64,000 nucleotides of DNA from Hyaloraphidium curvatum SAG 235-1 (lineage: Eukaryota; Fungi; Monoblepharomycota): the NCBI GenBank assembly GCA_025558095.1, contig JAIVFI010000002.1:1054001-1118000 (forward strand). The letters run 5' to 3'. The notes under the pieces were generated by a model. It made no database searches, was not told where the DNA came from, and saw only the letters and a list, made by a program, of their open reading frames with translations. Shown piece after piece: positions 56,301 to 64,000 of this stretch. The position numbers and the translations under genes were made by a program. The first letter of the stretch is position 1. Each line of letters begins with the position of its first letter.

Positions 56301-59300
56301 CATTCAGAAGCACGACGCCGAGAATCTGCGTGCCGGGGCCGAGCGGCGAGTCCGTGAACCCGGCGGGCTGCACCTCGATCACGTCGTAGGTGCCAGGCCG
56401 CAAATTCGGGAACAGGTAGGTGCCGTCGGGGCCGGTGGTCGTCGTGAGGCTAACCGGGTTGCCGAGGTCATCCGTGCCGACCAGGTTGACCGTCACGCCT
56501 GGGATCGGGACCTCGCCATCGTCCACGCCGTTGAGGTTGGCATCGACGTAGACGCGGCCACCAAGCTCCGCGGCCGGCGTGGGCGTGCTCGTCGCCGAGG
56601 TGAGGCTCGTGGTCGTCTCCGTGTGCTGGATCTCGCCAAAGTCGTTGTCGAGCTTGGAATCGCCGTTGACCAGCACGACGTTGAGGATCTGCGTGCCGGG
56701 GCCGAGGGGCGAGTCCGTGAAGCCCGCGGGCTGCACCTCGAAGATGCTGTAGGTGCCAGGCGGCAGGTTCGGGAACAGGTAGGTGCCGTCGGGGCCCGTG
56801 GTCGTGGTGAGGCTGACCGGGTTGCCGAGATCGTCCGTGCCGACCAGGTTGACCGTCACGCCGGGGATGCCAGTTTCTGGTGGAAGCAAGCAGTCAGGGA
56901 AAGATCCGCAATGCCAGTGCGCGCAACTCACCGCCGTCGTCGACGCCGTTCAGGTTCGAGTCCACGTAGACGCGGCCTCCGAGCTCCGCGGCCGGCGTGG
57001 GCGTGCTCGTGCCGGAGGTAAGGCTCGAGGTCGTCTGCGTCATCTGGATCTCGCCAAAGTCGTTGTCGAGCTTGGAATCGCCATTCAGAAGCACGACGCC
57101 GAGAATCTGCGTGCCGGGGCCGAGCGGCGAGTCCGTGAACCCGGCGGGCTGCACCTCGATCACGTCGTAGGTGCCAGGCCGCAAATTCGGGAACAGGTAG
57201 GTGCCGTCGGGGCCGGTGGTCGTCGTGAGGCTAACCGGGTTGCCGAGGTCATCCGTGCCGACCAGGTTGACCGTCACGCCTGGGATCGGGACCTCGCCAT
57301 CGTCCACGCCGTTGAGGTTGGCATCGACGTAGACGCGGCCACCAAGCTCCGCGGCCGGCGTGGGCGTGCTCGTCGCCGAGGTGAGGCTCGTGGTCGTCTC
57401 CGTGTGCTGGATCTCGCCAAAGTCGTTGTCGAGCTTGGAATCGCCGTTGACCAGCACGACGTTGAGGATCTGCGTGCCGGGGCCGAGGGGCGAGTCCGTG
57501 AAGCCCGCGGGCTGCACCTCGAAGATGCTGTAGGTGCCAGGCGGCAGGTTCGGGAACAGGTAGGTGCCGTCGGGGCCCGTGGTCGTGGTGAGGCTGACCG
57601 GGTTGCCGAGATCGTCCGTGCCGACCAGGTTGACCGTCACGCCGGGGATGCCAGTTTCTGGTGGAAGCAAGCAGTCAGGGAAAGATCCGCAATGCCAGTG
57701 CGCGCAACTCACCGCCGTCGTCGACGCCGTTCAGGTTCGAGTCCACGTAGACGCGGCCTCCGAGCTCCGCGGCCGGCGTGGGCGTGCTCGTGCCGGAGGT
57801 AAGGCTCGAGGTCGTCTGCGTCATCTGGATCTCGCCAAAGTCGTTGTCGAGCTTGGAATCGCCATTCAGAAGCACGACGCCGAGAATCTGCGTGCCGGGG
57901 CCGAGCGGCGAGTCCGTGAACCCGGCGGGCTGCACCTCGATCACGTCGTAGGTGCCAGGCCGCAAATTCGGGAACAGGTAGGTGCCGTCGGGGCCGGTGG
58001 TCGTCGTGAGGCTAACCGGGTTGCCGAGGTCATCCGTGCCGACCAGGTTGACCGTCACGCCTGGGATCGGGACCTCGCCATCGTCCACGCCGTTGAGGTT
58101 GGCATCGACGTAGACGCGGCCACCAAGCTCCGCGGCCGGCGTGGGCGTGCTCGTCGCCGAGGTGAGGCTCGTGGTCGTCTCCGTGTGCTGGATCTCGCCA
58201 AAGTCGTTGTCGAGCTTGGAATCGCCGTTGACCAGCACGACGTTGAGGATCTGCGTGCCGGGGCCGAGGGGCGAGTCCGTGAAGCCCGCGGGCTGCACCT
58301 CGAAGATGCTGTAGGTGCCAGGCGGCAGGTTCGGGAACAGGTAGGTGCCGTCGGGGCCCGTGGTCGTGGTGAGGCTGACCGGGTTGCCGAGATCGTCCGT
58401 GCCGACCAGGTTGACCGTCACGCCGGGGATGGCAGTTTCTGATGGAACCACCAGTCAGAAGTAGGTCAGCGCAACCAGTGCGAGCAACGCACCGCCGTCG
58501 TCCACGCCGTTGAGGTTGGCATCCACGTACACGCGGCCGCCAAGTTCGGCCCGCACGGTAAACGTCGAGGAGGTCCTTGCCCGCGTCGAAGTGCTCGGCG
58601 ACAGCGTGCTGGTCGTCATCTGGATCTCGCCGAAATCGTTGTCGAGCTTCGAGTCGCCGTTGACTAGCACGACGTTCAGGATCTCGGTCTGCGGCCCCAG
58701 GGGCGAGTTCGTGAACCCGGCGGGCTGGATCTCGAACACGCTGTAGGTGCCCGGGCGCAGGTTGGGGAACAGGTAGGTGCCGTCGGGCCCCGTGGTCGTC
58801 GTGAGGCTGACCGGGTTGCCGAGATCGTCCGTGCCGACCAGGTTGACCGTCACGCCGGGGATGGCAGTTTCTGATGGAACCAGCAGTCAGAAGTAGGTCA
58901 GCGCAACCAGTGCGAGCAACGCACCGCCGTCGTCCATGCCGTTGAGGTTGGCATCCACGTATACGCGGCCGCCAAGTTCGGCCCGCACGGTAAACGTCGA
59001 GGAGGTCCTTGCCCGTGTCGAGGTGCTCGGCGAGAGCGTGCTGGTCGTCATCTGGATCTCGCCGAAATCGTTGTCGAGCTTCGAGTCGCCGTTGACTAGC
59101 ACGACGTTCAGGATCTCGGTCTGCGGCCCCAGGGGCGAGTTCGTGAACCCGGCGGGCTGGATCTCGAACACGCTGTAGGTGCCCGGGCGCAGGTTGGGGA
59201 ACAGGTAGGTGCCGTCGGGCCCCGTGGTCGTCGTGAGGCTGACCGGGTTGCCGAGATCGTCCGTGCCGACCAGGTTGACCGTCACGCCGGGGATGGCAGT

Positions 59301-62066
59301 TTCTGATGGAACCAGCAGTCAGAAGTAGGTCAGCGCAACCAGTGCGAGCAACGCACCGCCGTCGTCCATGCCGTTGAGGTTGGCATCCACGTATACGCGG
59401 CCGCCAAGTTCGGCCCGCACGGTAAACGTCGAGGAGGTCCTTGCCCGTGTCGAGGTGCTCGGCGAGAGCGTGCTGGTCGTCATCTGGATCTCGCCGAAAT
59501 CGTTGTCGAGCTTCGAGTCGCCGTTGACTAGCACGACGTTCAGGATCTCGGTCTGCGGCCCCAGGGGCGAGTTCGTGAACCCGGCGGGCTGGATCTCGAA
59601 CACGCTGTAGGTGCCCGGGCGCAGGTTGGGGAACAGGTAGGTGCCGTCGGGCCCCGTGGTCGTCGTGAGGCTGACCGGGTTGCCGAGATCGTCCGTGCCG
59701 ACCAGGTTGACCGTCACGCCGGGGATGGCAGTTTCTGATGGAACCAGCAGTCAGAAGTAGGTCAGCGCAACCAGTGCGAGCAACGCACCGCCGTCGTCCA
59801 TGCCGTTGAGGTTGGCATCCACGTATACGCGGCCGCCAAGTTCGGCCCGCACGGTAAACGTCGAGGAGGTCCTTGCCCGTGTCGAGGTGCTCGGCGAGAG
59901 CGTACTGGTCGTCATTTGGATCTCGCCGATTATCTGGATCTCGCCGAAATCGTTGTCAAGCTTCGAGTCACCGGCCTTCAGCGCGATGTTGAGGATCTCG
60001 GTCTGCGGTCCCAGCGGAGAGTTTTGGTACACGGCGGGCTGGATCTCGAAGACGCTGTACGTCCCGGGCGGCTGCGGGCGTGGTCCGGGTCAGCGAGGCT
60101 CAAGGGAGGCAAGGCCCGGCTCGGTGCTCACAAGGTTCGTGAACAGGTAGGTACCATCCGGCCCGGTCGTAGTCGTGCGATTGATGAGGAATCCGGCGCT
60201 ATCCGTGCCGACGAGGTTGATCGTGACGCCGGTGATTGCGATTTCTGTAGCAGGAATGGGGAGCCTTTAGCCGCGTTCAAAACCCGCAAAGGACCACGGC
60301 CTACCGTTGTCATCGACTCCATTCCTGTTTGCGTCGATGTAGACGCGTCCTCCGAGCTGTGCGGGGGCCGGGGGCTGCGCGGACGGTCAGCGAAAAGGCG
60401 GCGGTCCTTCTGAGACGGGCCAAACTCACCGCCGGGGGAGGCGGCGCGATGCAGCTGGTCATGGCTAGCGTGGCCACGCTGGAGGTCCGCACCCCATTCG
60501 CATCGATGACCGTGTATGAGAACGAATCGGTGCCCGAGAATCCCGTGGAAGGCGTGTAGATGAAGGAGCCGTTGGCGTTGATCTGCACCGGGAAGCCCTG
60601 CGCCGTGACGACGTTGCGCTCGACGATGGTGAGGAGCGCGCCGACCGAGTCTTTGAGCAGGCCTTGAGAAGCCGGGATGAACATGGGGATGCAGCTGTCG
60701 CCCGTGAACGTGGGGCTCGTGGCCACCTGCGGCAGGCAGGTCACGGAGGCGCCGCTGACGGTCGAGGTGACCCTGCGCGAAAGCGGGATGTTAGGCGATT
60801 CGGATGTCCAGTGCGCGGAGCAGCTACCCACGAGACGGTTCCGGCAGCCGTGAGGGTGGTTGTGAGGGTGGGCCCGACGTCCGACTCGGGATCGTGGGCA
60901 AACACGGTGCGGACAGTTGGGGGCCGCGTGCTCGTCTGGGTCACGATGGTCGTCGAGAAGACGGCCGAAAAGGTGCCGTTTCCGGTGGAGTCCTGCCAGA
61001 CGCAGTCGACCGACGCGACGTGGGTGGGCACCTGGCATCCACCGGTGCCTGCGAGCTGCACCACCCGGGTCGTGGTGCGCGTCGTCGTGGTGCGCCTCGT
61101 CGACAAGACCAGCTTTGTGCTGGTTCGGCGGTAGGTCCGGGTAGTCCACCGGGTCCTCCAGCACTGCGACTTCCACGTGGTGCACATGACCGCGCAGTTG
61201 CCCCAGTTGGTGCGCCGCTCAAGATCCAACAGATGGTCGGCATCCTCCTCCTCGTCGATTTCCGTAGCGTCCGGTGTGTCAAAGATTTCCTCAGGCTCCA
61301 GATCGCGGCGGACCAGCTGGCGGGGGCCGGGCTTGGACGCCCCCATGTCGATGGCCACCCCCGGCAGCTCATAGATCTGGTCCTCGACTTCGAGCGCGCC
61401 GGCCGAGAGCATGCCGGCGGCCGGGGCACCGATGCGGCGCCTGGCCCGCGCGGCGTCGGTCAGGTTGGTCTGCGGGCAGCTGACGACCACGCTGGCGGTC
61501 ACGAAGCGGGTCGTCGTGGGGGTGAGCGTGGTCGAGGCGGTCGAGCCGGGCAGATCCGTGTTGGCGGTGAGCGTCCGGGTCTTTGTGCTCCCGGACTGCC
61601 ACACGGTTGACGTGCTTTGCACCACGTAGGTGGCCTGGGAGGCCAAGCCGGTGGGGTCCATGCCGATGGTGGTCTTGATGCCCGTGATGATGGCCTGGGT
61701 CACCTTGGTGACCTGCAGCCGCACCACGGTCTTTGTCGTCGTGCGCTTGACGCGCTTTGTCGCCGTGACGAATTTGCCGGCCGTGCGGGTCTTCGTGCTG
61801 GTGCGCTGGCACGACGTGACCGAGCAGGTGTTGTGCCGCCGGAACAGGTTGCCGACACCGCGGCGGTACAGCTGCCTGCACTCCGGCGGCTTGTCGAACG
61901 TGCGGCGGTCGAGCGCGTGCGGCTCCTCGGCGGCGGCGGGGCCCGCGATCGCGAGGGCGACGAGCACGGCCGCGAGGAGGGGGACCAGCGAAAGGAGCCG
62001 CCGGAGCGCGCCGCGCCCCGGCCGGGCCCGCGCAGACCCGCGATCCGCACGGTCTGCCGCGGACAT
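50335..62066 (-). CDS. Giant secreted adhesin-like protein: signal sequence, Thr-rich region, Big_9/cadherin-like Ig domain, about 18 SdrD B-like domains, Ser/Thr stalk
   Basis: Hydrophobic leader LLSLVPLLAAVLVALAIAGPAAA; ANGSFIYTPSTGFSGTDSFSYTVID; repeats LGGRVYVDANLNGVDDGE..IPGVTVNL...TTTGPDGTYLFPNL.PGTY....QPAGF...DNDFGE. Many in-phase GT-AG introns. Confidence 0.85.
52310..52570 (-). repeat. 36-bp coding tandem repeat (ETLTTETPSSTS) about x7
   Basis: Visible in DNA and translation. Confidence 0.9.
52530..53800 (-). repeat. 465-bp exon/intron tandem unit, about 2.7 copies
   Basis: ORFs recur at a 465-bp offset (52892 and 53357). Confidence 0.85.
53905..58440 (-). repeat. 781-bp tandem unit (two SdrD-B domains plus 55-nt intron), about 6 copies
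   Basis: Identical ORFs every 781 bp (54551, 55332, 56113, 56894, 57675). Confidence 0.97.
58440..59925 (-). repeat. 432-bp tandem unit (one SdrD-B domain plus 54-nt intron), about 3.4 copies
   Basis: ORFs recur at 58455, 58887, 59319 and 59751. Confidence 0.95.
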
Positions 62067-64000
62067 GGCGGGCGACGGTGCGCCGCGGGGCGGATCCGAT
62101 GAAGGAAGGCGGGTCGGGGTTCGAAGAGCTGACGGCGAGGCGGGGCTGGTCGGTCGGCGCGGCACGGCTAGGGTCCGCAACCGGCCGACCGGTGCCGCGA
62201 TCCGCGGTCCCGCAGAACCGAGCACGGACGGCACCTCCCCGCAATCCAGGCTTCCGGAACGAGTTCTGCGTACTGATTGGACGATCCCGCGGCCCGCACC
62301 GCTGGTCCGGTCCGCCCGATGCCGTTTCGCCCGATCCCCACCTGGGGCGTCCGGACCCTATCCTTATTGCCGGAGGCCGACAACCCCCGCCGCTCACCCC
62401 AATCACCTCCCCTGGCCTCCACAGAATGCGCATAGCCACTCCATCAATCGAATCGAGCCACATCAACCATCGTTGTGCAGTGGCGAATCCCCCGGACGGC
62501 CACGCCGAATCGCCGGGCTGGTGACCGAGCGCTGCGCAAATTCATCCCGCTCATCCCGTGCGCCCAGAGAAACGCAGGACTAGCTGCCACCTGATCGCGG
62601 CAGAATCTCTAGGCCTTCTCCACGTCGCCGCCATGCATAAATGCCGCTCCAGTTCCGTTTTGTCCCGGGAAAAGATTGGCCCGACCGCAAGGCGGCGGCA
62701 CGGACTCGGACCCTGAGTCGCCGGACCCCCGCCCGGCCGTCACTCGCGCCGCCGGGGCGGACGCCGCCAAAACCGCCCGATTCCGATCCCATGGCCGGTC
62801 TCTACCCAGGCCGTCCCTTCCGCCCCGGTCCCGCGGCCCGCGCGACCGGCGCGCGGCGCGGCCGTGTCGGGTGGCGCAGCAATGCGGTGTCCGGCCCCGA
62901 CCGCGGAACGGCCGGCGGCGGCGCAATTCGGCCGCCTGGATCTCAGATGGGCCTCTGTATGGCCGGCCAGGGCAATTCGATGCCGCTTCCTCAGCGGACG
63001 GCGCTCCTCCACGCTAGGAATCATCGGCACGGCATCCTGGCCCCTTCGGGCCTTCGGACACGGCCGTCGGATGCACAGCCAGAACCACCGACCGGTGGCC
63101 GACCGGTGTATGGAAAGCCCCATCGCGCCGAGATCCCGCCCGGAATGCCACCGTCCGCGCCCAAGTGAGACCACGCCGGCCCGGGGACGTGATGTTCGCC
63201 CGGTGGCTAACCGGGCCTGGCCCCTGCCGACAGGGCCGACAGTGGGGATCGCAGGGATTCGAGCGCCGTCCCCGCCGTCAGGATCTGTGATCCGCAGAGC
63301 TCGGACCGCTGCGATTGCGGAGGGTGACCGGTTCGGAAGTCCATTGTTGGACTAGGAGCCCATGCCTGTTCATTCGCGGTGCTACGAGGTTGCGAGCGAC
63401 AGCCACCAGTTCCGCTGCCGTTCAGTCCCGTCCCGCCACGAGTCCTCGCCTATCCGTGCCGCCGTCACCTTGCGTCCCTCCGTGCCCACCTTCACCGCGA
63501 TCCGGTCGAGTGAAATCGGGCCCGTGCCAGGGCCTCGGCTCGGCGATCCTGAAACTGCACCGAGGGGGCAGGAGGTCGAGCTCCCTGGCGTCGGCACCGC
63601 GGGACAATCCCGTTCGCGGGAGCGGCATCCAGGCAGGCATCGATGCGGATGGCTTCCAAATGCCGGCCAGGCGAAGCGAAGAGACGGATCGTGCGGGGTG
63701 CGGGACTCCTAGCTGGCACCGCTGTGACTCTACACCGGTGCGCGGACGGACAGTGACTCTAACTCGCGCTGCGGAAGTCTCATCCGCGCCCCCGCCGCTC
63801 CCTATCTTGCAAGTTTTGCCGCGGAGCGGCCCCGCGAGCGCCAGCGAGCGCCGCGCCAGCGGGCACGTACCCACGCCGCAGGCAGGCACGTTCCCCCGCC
63901 GCTACCTGCCAGCTATCTTCGCGCGGAGCGCGCCCCGAGCGTCAGCGCGGCAAACGGGGCGGTGCGAATCGCCGCGGGAAGTGCGGGAGGCGGGCCGGAG

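Noticed and set aside
50335-62066. Bacterial contamination or chimeric contig
   Set aside because: The bacterial-type domains are interrupted by canonical in-phase spliceosomal introns of the same style as neighbouring genes.
7-64000. Many long overlapping or antisense Arg/Pro/Ala-rich ORFs (e.g. 7-2481, 23083-25218, 23249-25210, 54440-55459)
   Set aside because: Shadow frames expected from very high GC3; they show no domain signatures.
1-64000. rRNA/tRNA genes or retroelement ORFs
   Set aside because: None recognised by eye; tRNAscan-SE, Infernal and RepeatMasker would be needed to exclude them formally.

Overview
High-GC, gene-dense eukaryotic DNA. It has short (~45-75 nt) GT-AG spliceosomal introns with CTGAC-like branch points, TATA boxes, a PTS1 signal and NAR1/ORC6-like genes. 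This is most consistent with an early-diverging (zoosporic) fungus; a Monoblepharidomycota/Hyaloraphidium-like organism is my inference, not something the sequence proves. Housekeeping-type genes are an alpha/beta-hydrolase, a sulfatase, an L/F-transferase-like protein, an ORC6-like protein, a UCP4-like carrier, a peroxisomal acyl-CoA dehydrogenase, NAR1, TatD and a RanBP2-ZnF/RGG protein. Three stand-out systems are interleaved with them. (1) Four paralogous 7-TM proteins whose layout and C-terminus resemble the DUF3537/gustatory-receptor-like (7TMIC) ion-channel superfamily. (2) A ~17.7-kb palindrome (two ~4.86-kb inverted arms around an ~8-kb spacer), each arm carrying three intronless secreted polyglycine-domain proteins resembling ALK/LTK and phage-adhesin glycine-rich domains. 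(3) An ~11.7-kb intron-containing gene encoding a giant secreted protein with about 18 bacterial-type SdrD-B domains, amplified as near-identical exon+intron tandem units. Also present are a PB1 protein with a His/Cys/Met repeat tail, an orphan ~1095-aa ORF preceded by an array of palindromic motifs, and several frameshifted genes. All family assignments are from motif recognition by eye; no searches were run.
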